Below are positions 52,538 to 64,000 of a DNA stretch of 64,000 nt, in pieces. Numbering within the stretch: the first letter of the stretch is position 1; each line of letters begins with the position of its first letter. Made by a program: the position numbers and the translations under genes. Origin of the DNA: Isurus oxyrinchus (lineage: Eukaryota). The notes below the pieces were generated by a model, which did not search any database, was not told the origin of the DNA, and saw only the letters and a program-made list of their open reading frames with translations. The stretch covers positions 1 to 64,000 of the forward strand of contig JANJGN010001209.1 of NCBI GenBank assembly GCA_026770705.1, in the 5' to 3' direction.

Positions 52538-54424
52538 ACAAATCTTTGTGCGAGGTGAAACGTTTGCTCACGCTTCTGATTCGTAAACGGGCTTCATGTC
52601 CACATGGTGATCGATCGAAACAGCATCGACACAGCATTTCTGACAGAAGGCAGATTTGACAAATATATACCAGGAGCACATTATCATGACAGTTCTGGTT
52701 ATGAATATCAACTGTGTCCAATGGCCATTTCCACCAGCATTCGGTCTTCTTCCACCGTGTGAGCTTCCCCAAAATAACGCATGGCCATGCGTACTCTTCC
52801 CACTCTACCAAAACAAACAGACATTAGCGATGACAACGGCACCAGCCTTGAAAGATTTAAGCGATAATCGCTGAGGCCGAAACACTTCACATCCCGCCCC
52901 GAGTGAGTTGCAAGGCTAACTGACGACGACACCCACCAGGCACGGACACAGCAGCATGTCGCCTGTACCCGATGCTGCTGAATCCTGAAGTAGAATTGTG
53001 ATGGCCAGATTGCCAAAGGAAATGTAAGCAATGCGTTTTGCTGGGTTCAAAACTGGCAAACTCAGTAAAGAAATAACATTTAAAGGTACGTACATTTCCA
53101 TTACTTGCAATGAATAGGAAAAATAAAATCTTAATTCAAGAGATACTTATTCAATCGCACATCCCCCTTCTTTCACGTCATACCTGAATTTGTAAATTAC
53201 TTGTGGTATCTGAACACTTCCCTTGGGCGCATAAAAAATCAAACCGAAGGAAACAGCAACCTTGCATGCAGTCTCCTCTAAAGGCCGAGAGCATCATGTG
53301 TAAAAGCAAAGTTTCGCCAAAAATGCCCTGGTTCTGTTAGCAGGGCCTCAAATCGTTGCCTCCTGGAAACTCACAAAACTGCAACTAAAGTTCTGACTGC
53401 CAAAATGTTACTGGACTTCAAACACCGCTGTATATGCCCTTCCGGGTAAATTGCGTTAAAAGATGAGATGAACTATTCGAATTGGCCTTTGCCTGCAGCC
53501 CGGCTAATGGATGGCCTGTGCCTCGCAAGTAAGACCTTCCCTCTGTAGTGTCAAATTGCCCGCTGGGTGAGACAACAGGTCATTTGCCTCAAAATGAAAA
53601 ATTACTGGAAAATATCACACGGCCTGATAGCATCTGTCGAGAACCAGAGAGGGTTGTCGTTTCGACTCCATTGCAGTCTACATCAGAACGGTCATTTGTC
53701 AACTTTGTTCGGACGTATTTGCTTATGTTGCTGTAAACAGCCTAAACCTCACCTCCTTTATGCACTTCTCGTTAGGCAGTTAAAATTCAGCCTGAAATGA
53801 AAACAGAGCTGCGTATGATCTATCCAATAGCCCCATACAATTCTGATTCAAAATATGCTTCCCCCATGCAGCCTCTGCTTCCCTGATCTCCTTGCCCCCT
53901 GTTAGTCCTGCCTTCTGCATCTACATGGTTCCTGCCGCTGCACTGAGTCTTTCTCTCTGAAGAGGACTCCCCGAAGTTTTTAGAATTCAGAATGGACCAG
54001 CTGGTGATTTGGAAACATTGTTCCGCCATGTTTGCTTATGTTGCTGAGTGGAAATGAATAAATAAACTTTTATTTACTCGTTTTACATGTGATGTTTTGA
54101 GTCCCACCCCATGACTGTTGTCTGGATAATGGAATTGGAGTGTGGAGCATGGCTGCAGGAAGTTAGCGCCTAAAGCAGTATTCCTTATCAGACTTTGCGA
54201 GTGACACAATGAGGCGAATAGCCGATTAAGAATCAAATTTGCTTCTCGTTGACGGGGAAAACTGACTTGATTGAATAAGTTAGGAGAGGGATGATGCCTC
54301 CAGTGTATTTCGTTGTAAGGTAAATTTATGAATTGTGCAGGCAAACTGGGTAAGTGTTGCTTCAAAATGGAAATCCCACGGCAACTCAGAATCCCACTGG
54401 CTCTCGGGACATGTCGCAGGCCTG

Positions 54425-54497
54425 TCCTCGTTAGGATGGTGGTCAGTATTCCCCGACTGTCACGCTGGAGATGGTGGCTTAATTCCCCCACGGTGAA
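54425..54497 (+). pseudogene. trnD: tRNA-Asp(GTC) pseudogene
   Basis: TCCTCGTTAGGATGGTGGTCAGTATTCCCCGACTGTCACGCTGGAGATGGTGGCTTAATTCCCCCACGG. GTC is retained, the B box is lost. Confidence 0.8.
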
Positions 54498-55363
54498 TTC
54501 GTCCTTGTTCGAAAAGTGTGCGGTAGAAGCCATGTTGACGATTTTGCATTAAGTGTTTAGATTTCTCTTTTGTCAGTTACCATTCAGCATGAAATTCAAT
54601 CACCGTTACCGACCCTTTCTTCAATGGACTGACACAATTAGCTGTCAAAACATTCTATCGTCTTGCATCCTTTGGTTCCAAGAAATCAATGCGTCCTGCA
54701 TGTCCTCCCTTCTGCAACTAAAGGTTTCAAAAAGATTTGTGACTTTTAATCTGTCGATCGATCTTCTTCCTTATTTCCTGTCCTTAAAACTGACCTAGAA
54801 CATTGAAGTTTTTATCTTTATTATTTTTGTATTTGAACGCTACCAAACATGGCTCGTGCCGCTGCACTGAGCCGTTCTCTCTGAGGAGCCAGCACGGCAA
54901 CATTAAACACCCACTGAGCGCGCCAGCTGCTGATTTGAGAAGGTGTTTTCGGACCTGTTTGCTTTTGTTGCTCAGTGGGAATGAATAAACAATGTCTGTT
55001 ACTGGTTTCAGGTGATGTTTTGCCTCCGCCCAAATGATTGTAAATTGTGCTGAAAATGGAAATGGAGCCAGTAGCGGGCCTGCAGGGTGTAGGCGACTGA
55101 AGTAGATGGATGGCTACAAACTTTGCAAGTGATCAAATGAGACAAATTGTGAGTGATGAAGCACCTTTCCTTCTGCATGAAGGGCAAAACTGAAACGATG
55201 GACTGATGACCTGGAGGGATGTTGCGCGCCGCGTATTTCTCTTGAATATAAACATCTAGATTGAAAATCTAGATAGGAAAACGGGGCAATTTGTACATCA
55301 AAACTGAGAGCCGAGGGCAAATTGAAATCTCACTAGTCGACTGCATGACCACTGGCCGAGCTC

Positions 55364-55431
55364 TCCTCATTAGCATTGCGGTTAGTATCCTTACTTGTGA
55401 CGCAGGAGACCGGGGTTCATTAACCAGGGAG
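55364..55431 (+). pseudogene. trnD: tRNA-Asp-derived pseudogene
   Basis: TCCTCATTAGCATTGCGGTTAGTATCCTTACTTGTGACGCAGGAGACCGGGGTTCATT. Anticodon position reads GTG and the stems are disrupted. Confidence 0.75.
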
Positions 55432-57459
55432 GAAATCCTTTGTTCCAAACATTAGACATTGACAGCTTTTCATTCGCAAACCGCTTTTCACTCCCACGTG
55501 GGGGTGCATCATAATGTTCCCGCACTCAGCATGGCGTACAGGACCCAGATTTGCGTAAAACAAATATGAGCTAACTTGCTGGACAGAGCAGTAGATCACA
55601 ATCTCCCGTGGGAATCAGCCGTTTGCCCCATCATCGCCCATGGCTTGTCGCATTAAGTAACTATAGCCGCTTTTGCATGGAGACAATGCATTTCTTATGT
55701 GTCCATGACATATTCCTGAAACGACATGTTTTGGAAACAACAACGGCACAAGTTATGGCAGATTTTGCAACGAAACTCAAAGCCAATTTACTTCACAACC
55801 TGACACTAATGAGGATCGAGCACTGACTGACTACAACATGTTCAAGGCAGAGTCACAGCTCCAAATCAATTGCATCGTATGCGGTTAAAGCCTAAGTTAA
55901 GGCCGCGATGGCTAGACTGTCATCTACAATGAACACAATGAACGTTAGTGAACTATGAACAGAAGAACACAGAAAGGAAAACACATTGAGTCACGTAAAT
56001 TCAAATTATGTGCAATAAACATGAAATAAGCAAACATTGTTCAATTATATTCTCATCCAATCACTGTTCTCCCTCCATTCTCTGCATTGCTTCGTGTGTA
56101 ACTTCCTTAGGGAATACGGACACTTCCCTTGAGTACATTACAATTCAGTCAGAAGTAAATAAAAAAAAACATTGGATGCTGTTTCTTCAAGAGGCCAAAA
56201 TAATTATCTTTTAAAATAAACGTTCCCCGAGCAGGCCCTGGTTCTCTCGCCTGGTAACTCGCCTTTCTGTAACTAAACTACTCTTTCTGATCATGTTCCT
56301 GGATTTTAAAATCATATCTTTACCCTCTTCAAAAAATGCTGTGCTTATATGGGAGCAAAAATATTCCAGTTCATCTTTGCATGTGGCAGCTGTCATGCAT
56401 GTTTGCTGCCGCATCACTGAAAATTTATCTCTCCAGTGTGATGCCGAGAAACCCAAAATATCCACAGGGTGCATCAATCTGTGACTTCCCAATTTGCTTC
56501 TGGCGTGTTTGCTTATGTTGTTCTGAATTCAGGCTTTCATTAGAGGATTTAGACTTCTCTATTGACAGCTAACATTCAGCCTGAAATCAAAACACCCTTG
56601 CAAAAAATTGTTAACTGGACTGAAACAATTCTGCGTTGCAACATACCTTCCTCACTCAGTCCCTGATTCCGGGAAATGATTAACCCGCTGATTGCCCACC
56701 CTTCTGCACCCTCGATTGAGTGCCTTCTTTAATTTCTGTGCTGAATACTGACCATGAGCATTCCAGTTCTTTTATTTCACATGTCGCCGCTTTCAGACAT
56801 GGCTCCTGCCGCTGCACTGAGCATTTCCCTCCGAAGGGAGCCAGGAAGGGTTAAAAATTCAGAGTGCGCCAGCCGGTGATTTGTAAATCTTGGTTTGGAC
56901 AGAGTTTGCTTATGTTGCTGAGTGGAAGTGAATAAACCATGTTTGTTTCCTGTTTCATATGACATTTTGAATCCGACTGCTGATGGGCGTTGCCCTCGAA
57001 ATGGAAATGCAGCGCATATCGGGTCTGCAGATGGCGGGCAACGGAAGTAGATGGGCGGCTTCAATGTTTCCAAAGACTAAATGAGGCAATGTGTAGCTAA
57101 TAATGCATCTTGGCTTGAGGATAAAGGGCAAGAAACGACTGAGCAATGATCTAGAAAGATGATACTTCGTGTGTGATTCATTGGAATGTACCTTTCTGAA
57201 TAGTGCATGAAGATTGGGATAGTTCCAGAGCTCAGTTTCCCGAGAGGGACATAAACCTTTGTTCACACCGTGAAGCAAGGACTGATGTTTTTGATTCGCA
57301 AATCAGTTTTCCTTGTCACGCAGAGATCATGTTAAAGGTCATGCACTCAGCAGGATTATAATAAGTTGCTTGGTTGATAAGAATGTGTCTTTCAGAATTG
57401 GGTCAGAGGTGATGATTGGTGAGTGGCAGGTGAGTAATTACGTGATAGATTTCTGTCCT

Positions 57460-60400
57460 AAACAAGTCACATACAGTTTGAGGTTTGTCTGTGTTGCTCG
57501 GACATGTGGAATGTGCACTCTGTGGGATGTGGGAAATCGTGCAGGCACAAAGTGGTCTCGATGTCTACATCTGTAGGAAGTGTAACCAGCTGCAGAAACT
57601 TCAGCTCCGTGTTGCGGAACTCCAGTGGCGGCCATAGTTGCTGCGGTGCATCCAGGAGGTTGAGTATTACGTGTAAAGCACCTTTAGAATGGAGGTCACA
57701 CCACATCGAAGTAGTCCACCGTTACTGCTGGACTGAATGGCCACCAGGGTAAGTGGGAGAAACAGGAATATGGTGCTAGAATTCCCTGAGTTTATCTAGC
57801 TCAATAAATGTGTTTTTCTTTGTCACGTTTTGGATGCTGGTGGACGAGATTGTTCCTCAGGGATATGCAGGAAGAGTCAAATTGTTTGGAAGACTGGTGT
57901 CTCAGCTACACAGCATGAGAGGAGAATGAGTGAATGTGCTACATACGTAGAGAATTCCATAGCTAGGGGAGCAGACAGCATTTTCTGGCGCTGTAGCTGT
58001 GACTCCGTGATTTAATGTTGCCTGTCTGGTGCCAGTGCCATGGATGTCACAGAGTTGCTGCAGTACTTTTCTCTTTCTGGAGGAGGGTGAACCGCCAGAT
58101 GTGGTGGGCCAATTTTGGACCAAGGGCATAAATATGAAAAATGATGAGGTCTTGAAGGCATTTTTTAGGGAATTGGAAAGAGAATTGCAAAGCAGGACCA
58201 CAAGAGCAGCAACCTCATTATTACTCCCAGTAATACTTGCTAGTGAACAGAAGAACGGACCGATTAGGCTGTTCAACACGTGGCTGCAGAAATGCATTAT
58301 TTGGAAAGGATTTTTATTTCTGAGTTAATGGGACCAGTTATGGGGCAGCTGGAGCCTTTAATTACATGCAAGTTACAGCTCAACAGAGCCGGGAGACGAA
58401 TGTCCTCGTGGGAAGTTTTGCTGGTGCTGCTGGGAGATTTAAACTACTTTGGCGTGGGGAGGGAAGCCAGAGGGTTTTCCAAGATGGAGTGGAGAAATAA
58501 AAACCTGCCATTGGGAATTAGAGAAATGTTCAATGAAACGTAGGGTATATCAGACAGCAGCCTTAAAATAAATCGAATACTTGGAGAGCTTTATAGAACG
58601 AGAAGCAGCAAAAGGACATTGTTAGATGAAGTCAGGATAAGGGCGTTTTTTTTAAGCCTAAATCAGGCTTAACGTGTATGTATATGAATGCACGTATTAT
58701 CATTGTTAAGACAGATGAAATAAAGCACAGTTTGACAAATAGGATTATGAAATTATTGTGACAACAGAAGCCTGCCTCAAAGAAGGGCCCCCCTAGTTGT
58801 TAAATCTTCCTGGGTAAAACATTGTCCAGGAGAGACAGGAAAGGAAGAAATGCGTGGGTGTGTGTGGCGGTGGCGTGACAGGGAATAGGAAGCTGCACAG
58901 TGGCATTATTATTTAGAGATAACATATGAATTCTGGAGATGCACATTGTGCAAAGGTGTTCATGGGTGGTACTTCAGTGTTTTGAGAGAGGCAATTAAAA
59001 AGGTGCAGTAAGATGGAGTGGTGTTGTATACTATAGGAGTGTAGAAAAACACATTTCCAAAAAAAAGGGAGGTGGGAGAAATGCAGGGAAAGTATACTGG
59101 GGACCATAAATTACTCCAACATGGACTTGATTGGGAGTAATGCAAATGGACTAGAGGGGTGAGAGCTCCTGCAAAGTCTTCAGGATCACATTCTGCAGCA
59201 GCATTTTTCCATTCGAACTGGAAGGCAAACACTGTTGGAGCTCGTTCTGTAGATTGTGTAGGTCAACTGAATGAAGTATCAGCAGGAGAATATTTAGGCA
59301 CCATGAACATTGCAGCGTAACGTTGGTCATGCAAAACGACAAGCTAATATCCAGAGCTTGGATAATTAATTAGGACAAAGCCAACAACGTTTAGATGAGT
59401 TTGCATATCAGTCGAATGAATTGGAATCAAACATTGCGCAAAGAAAATTGGATGACAAAGGCCCGCGGTCAAAGAAAAAGTTTTGCAGCGTCTTCAAGGT
59501 ATATTTCATTCAAGGGGAAAGGTAGGACAAATAAACTCAATGCCATTAATGATGAGAAAGGTAGAAGTGAAACTGAAAGGATGCATTGTCCATGCAACAC
59601 ATCCTAGGTAGAAAATACAACGGAGAATCAAGCCGAATGTAGAAGCCCCAGAGCTAATGTAAAGAAACTAAGTACGAAAGCAAATAGCGATTATAAAAGG
59701 AGACTGGCAGCATCGTCAGACACAATCCCAATGTCTTCCATAAGAAGATAAATAATGGGTTGGAGGTAGAAGAGAGAATATGGACCATTAAGGGTAATAA
59801 AACAGGACTTACACATGGAAGCGGGAGAAATCGCAGAGTTACTGAACGAATACTTCGGACCTCAGGTCACAAAGGAAGAAGCTGCTGCCCAGGCCTAGGC
59901 AAGAAAGTAGCAATCTATTAGACCAGAAAATTTATTATTGAGAACGTGCAGGTATTATAAACGCTTCTTCGCCTTTAAATTGATAAGATGATTGATAGGC
60001 ATCCAAGTGCAACAAAGGATTTGAGAATGGAAATTCCAGTCTTTGTTAAACACAAGGGCGGTGCTGGAGGACTGGCGAGTTGTGAATGTTACACCGACGT
60101 TCTATTGTTGGGAAACCTGTGTAATCACGAGATCAGGGCTAAATCAATAGCCCACATTTATAATTCCAAGACAATTACGGAAAGCCAGTATGAACAGCTT
60201 GAGGAAAAATCATGTTTATCAACTTGTTGAACATCTTTGAGGAAGTAGCAGAGAAGCTTGATAAAGATAAACCAGTTCATGCAGTGTCCATGTATGTTCA
60301 AAAAGCATTTGAAAAATGCAGCACAAGTGACCAATATTCTAGCTTATGGGGTAAAATCTTAAGTAGGTTCTGGGATAAGATGTTATCTGAGAAGCAACAA

Positions 60401-61425
60401 ACAGAGAACAGTGGTAAATGTTTCTTCATAGGAAGAATGATTGTAGTGCAGTTCCCTTGTAGTCTGCGTTAGGAGCCTTGATCTCCCTCGTGAATATTAA
60501 TGAGCTAGACTGTGGTGTCCACGGCAAGATTTCAAAATTTGCAGGAGATACGAAGATTGCAAATGTTGTCAACTCTGATGAGGATGGTCCTTAATTTCAA
60601 AAGAGCGCAGGAATATTTCTGGACTTGGAAGGACAGTGGGTGACCAATTCCAATGCAGAGATGTGTCAGATAGTCGTTTTCGCAGGAAGAATATGGAGAG
60701 AAAGCGTAAAGGGCGAAAATCTAAATGAGCTTCAGGAAATTAAGGACCTTTTTATATGTCCCCATAACCTATTGAAGACGGCAAGGCACGGTGAGAGCAG
60801 TGAATAAAGCCTTTGATATCTTTGGTTTTATTAATAGGCACACTGAACACAACAGTGCGGACGGCAAGTGGACAATTCATAAGGCAGGGGTAAGGTCTCA
60901 ACTGGAGCGTCACATCCAGTTCCCGCCGCCATACTTGAGGAAGGGTTTGGAGACATTGGAGAGAGTAGAGCAGATAATCAAAATTATGATTGCGGGTAAA
61001 GAACTATAGCTCTGAGGATAGATGGGGGAATTTCGTCTCTTTAGCTTAGAGAAAAGAAGGCTGAGAGCAGGCTTGAGAAAGGAAATCATGATCCTGAGTT
61101 GTATAAACAAGTAAACAGTGAGAATGTTTTCCAACTCAAGAGAGCATCAAAAATGAGAGGGCATAGATCAAAGATTGCAACATGAGTAAAAGTGATGTGA
61201 GAATTGTTTTTTCAATCAGTGATTGGTTGCAATCTGGGACAATCTCCCTGAGGGGATGGTGGAGGTAGATTGAAGAAAGGCATTGAAAAAGCGAATTGAA
61301 TTCCTAACTGAAAAGAATTACAGTGCAGCTTTACGGGTTTAAGGCAGGGGAGTGAAAGATGATGAAATGTTCTTTCAGAGAGTCAGTGCAGACTCGCCGT
61401 CCGAATAATCTCCTTTTGCATCATA
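57460..61425 (+). mobile_element. Near full-length but heavily decayed CR1 LINE (ORF1 zinc-finger/esterase, ORF2 EN-RT, 3' UTR)
   Basis: ORF1 remnants CGMCTLWD..ICRKCNQLQKLQLRVAEL and ENSIARGADSIF. ORF2 remnants CMYMNAR, LLNIFEEV..MYVQKAFEK, ISKFAGDTK, VRSQLERHIQFPPPYLRK. Confidence 0.85.
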
Positions 61426-61444
61426 AGGATTCAGGGTTTATCTG

Positions 61445-62125
61445 AATGTGTTACGGAGCTGGGGGCTGTCACTGACTGATTAGATTGGGTGACTGTCAGA
61501 ATGGTTACACAGCTGGTGACTGTAACTTCGGTAACAAATTGTGGTGGAGAGTGCAGCACTGTGTAAATGGAATAGGGTGCAGGCACTCTGCTTACACAGC
61601 TAAGGGATGTCAGTACAGTGAAAGGATGTGGGGACTGTCGCTATTGTTGCTGTGCCAGAGGGTCATCACTATGAAAAACGGATTGGGCGAAATGTTACTC
61701 AGGTTACAGAGCTGGGGAACAGACATTAAAGTAATCATAAGGATGATTGTCCCTCAGGCTTCAGAGCCAGGGGCCAATCGGTATAGGAATTGATTGAGGA
61801 AACCATCACTCATGTAAATGCCAGAGTTCACTCATGCGTTGCATTGGCTGAGCAGACTATCAAACAGGTTACAGAGCAGGGGTCAGAGTCAGTGCAGCGA
61901 ATGATTGGGAAAACATTCACTAATGTTACAGAGCCAGGGCCCTGTCAGTAAAGTAATTGATTCAGGACACAGTCACTCAGGTTACAGAGCCGGGGGCCAT
62001 TAATGTATTGCAATTTATTAGGGAGACTGCCAATCAGGTTATTGAGCAGGGAGACTGGCTCTGCAGGAATTGATTGAGGACACTAACTTTCAGGTTACAG
62101 AGCCAGAGGCCTGTCAGAATAATAA
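61445..62125. repeat. ~56-57-bp minisatellite, ~12 diverged copies
   Basis: (g/t)gttacagagc-like landmark at 61867, 61924, 61980, 62037 and 62093. Confidence 0.85.
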
Positions 62126-62149
62126 CTTGGGAAGCACTTAGTGCTAGGG

Positions 62150-62490
62150 GTAGGATGGTGCAGAATTTGAAAGGTTCATCTTGAGGTCTTCTTGAGGCAA
62201 TATGTAGATATATTAACGAGGGACGGGGTAATACTGGACCTGTTATTAGGGAATGAACCCGCCAGGTGGTCCAACTGTCATTGGGCAGCGTTTCGGGAAA
62301 AGTGACAATATTTCAGTAATTTCAAGGTACTGATGGATAAGGAGAACAGGAGTCTTATGGTTAAAGTGCTTAATTTGGAAAAGGCTAATTATAACAATAT
62401 TAGGCAGGAACTGAGAATTCCAGACTGGAGGCAGATGTTTGAGGGCAAATCAATAACTGACATGTGGGGAGCTTTCAAATGTGAGTTACA
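62150..62490 (+). mobile_element. CR1 endonuclease fragment
   Basis: ILDLLLGNE and VLNLEKANYNNIRQEL..DMWGAFK. Confidence 0.75.
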
Positions 62491-62995
62491 ACGAATTATT
62501 TCTATGATCGTGGTCTGCTAATCATCATCTAAGTTAATAGCAACGACAGTGAATAGTTGAGAACATTCTGGCCATCGGCAGCCACAACCTGCCAATCGTA
62601 ATCATTGCTGATTGCCCCTAGCATCTTGTTTCTTTCCTCTGAGACTTGGCAAAATTATTCATTGGACTTCATTTCCATCAGTATGAATTTCAGCTAGCAA
62701 TCTCTTATACAGGACTTCATCGGGTGTCCACTGCGTGTTGATACACCTAAAGTCCAATGTCAAATTATTGAGTAAGCACTTCAATAAATTTAATGATTTT
62801 TTCCGGTCATAACCTACAATTTATAAACCAATGATGAATTTCTCTGATTAGCATTAACATCTCTATCTGTCACACATTAGAGAGACTTGTGCTAATTTCC
62901 CACCAACTAAGGAAAACTATTCTTACTGGCTGATAATTCAATGGTTTCCTTCTGACATCGCTGTTTAATGGCGGGAAAAAAAACATTTTCCACAC

Positions 62996-63510
62996 TTAAG
63001 GGCTGGTAGCCAAGTATATGGAGTCATTATGGTGAAACTTCCCTGCACCCCCATGTGGCAGTATATCTTTAGTTTGGGACGGAGCCCAAAACTGCACGCG
63101 ATACTCCAAGTGTGGCCTCATCAAGGCACTATAAAGCGACAGTAAGGCATCATTGATCCTGTACTCAAGTCCCCTGGCAATGAATCCTAACACGCCATTT
63201 GCTTTCTCAACTGCTTCCTGAGCCTACAGGGTTGTTTTCAGTGATTGGTATACAAGAACACCTATGTCCTATTTAAGTCAACATTACCAACTTTATTAAC
63301 ATTTTTAAAAGTCTGTTCATTATTTTTGTTGCCTAGCAATTTCGATCAATCCACACTTGTAGTCGCTATCTTTCATTTGTCATCAATTTGCCGCTCGGTT
63401 TACCTGTCTAAATCATCTTGAAGTCTCTTCACACTCTCCTGACCGCTCATATTGCCACCAAGTTCCGTGTTGTTAGCAACAATCGAAATATAACATTTTG
63501 TTCCCACATT
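62996..63510 (-). mobile_element. CR1 RT C-terminal fragment
   Basis: MLGFIARGLEYR..LYSALMRPHLEYRVQFWAP, preceded on the minus strand by an LQDDLDR-like remnant. Confidence 0.85.
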
Positions 63511-64000
63511 CAAATCATTTTAACCATTTGCTGCTCTTTGTATGTTTCCCATGTATCAGGATCGGTGTTTCCTGCATTTATTGAGGTAATTATTTCCTTC
63601 CCCTCTCATAACTTTTTCTTCACCCCGACTTGACCTTGGATGTCTTTTTGGAAATTAGTTGTGTTGCAGGTTGGGACCTGTAACAAGTTGGGGCCTGTAA
63701 CAAATTAAATTATCTTTGAACAACCTTGCAATGTCGTTTGCCCTTCTCATTCAAATGATTACCCCTTGTTGTTTGTCAGAGAATGAATTATCTCAGACAC
63801 ATTCAAGGATCTCCTCAACTTTCTAACATATGCTGGTCTGCTTATCAGAAATGTCATGGAATTTGCATTGACAAAGATGTACATAATTCATGTAACATTT
63901 TATTGCTAAAAAACAGCTGATATTCAGGGAATGGGACTTGATCTCAGGAAGGAATGCGAAGGAAAGAAATGAAATGCAAAGAGATGGAGTAATGGCATAG

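Larger units (their letters stand above)
47930..57330 (+). repeat. Decaying tandem array of tRNA-Asp(GTC)-bearing units (~4 full plus partial units)
   Basis: Landmark cttca(c/t)atccc recurs at ~48431, ~50531, ~52885 and (degenerate) ~55790. tRNA-like sequences start at 47995, 50091, 52471, 54425 and 55364, with a 3' remnant near 57230. Confidence 0.92.

Noticed and set aside
48433-53110. Recurring short ORFs in the tDNA spacer (e.g. MQVM..AASGTGD..VVVS) as a protein family
   Set aside because: The similarity follows from the DNA repeat itself. Stops and frameshifts differ among copies and no domain is recognisable. A consensus-level search is still needed to exclude a fossil ORF.
55364-55431. 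Anticodon switch Asp(GTC) to His(GTG)
   Set aside because: The anticodon and acceptor stems are disrupted, so this is more simply random decay.

Overview
Repeat-rich eukaryotic genomic DNA, most likely from a cartilaginous fish (inferred from the shark-type LINE, DeuSINE and Penelope repeats and a GPR139-like receptor). One intact protein-coding gene is supported: a two-exon class A GPCR of about 335 aa (+). Its large exon 2 is 32251-33188. Its 70-nt coding exon 1 is missed by the ORF track and is present twice (22551-22620, 24272-24341) because of a near-identical 1.72-kb tandem duplication. The gene lies between copies of a ~2.1-2.4-kb repeat unit that carries a tRNA-Asp(GTC) gene: one unit at 1-2075 and a decaying array at ~47.9-57.3 kb. 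All six recognisable tRNA copies look defective, and one has an inverted anticodon arm. The rest is mostly decayed mobile DNA: CR1 and other LINEs, a Gmr1-type (INT-before-RT) Gypsy remnant, a Penelope-like element with an inverted terminal repeat and hammerhead-like motifs, hAT and Harbinger fossils, DeuSINEs and minisatellites. One 51-bp minisatellite derives from a CR1 coding motif and sits inside a ~2-kb inverted duplication. All family assignments and identities come from reading by eye, not database searches, and repeat boundaries are approximate.
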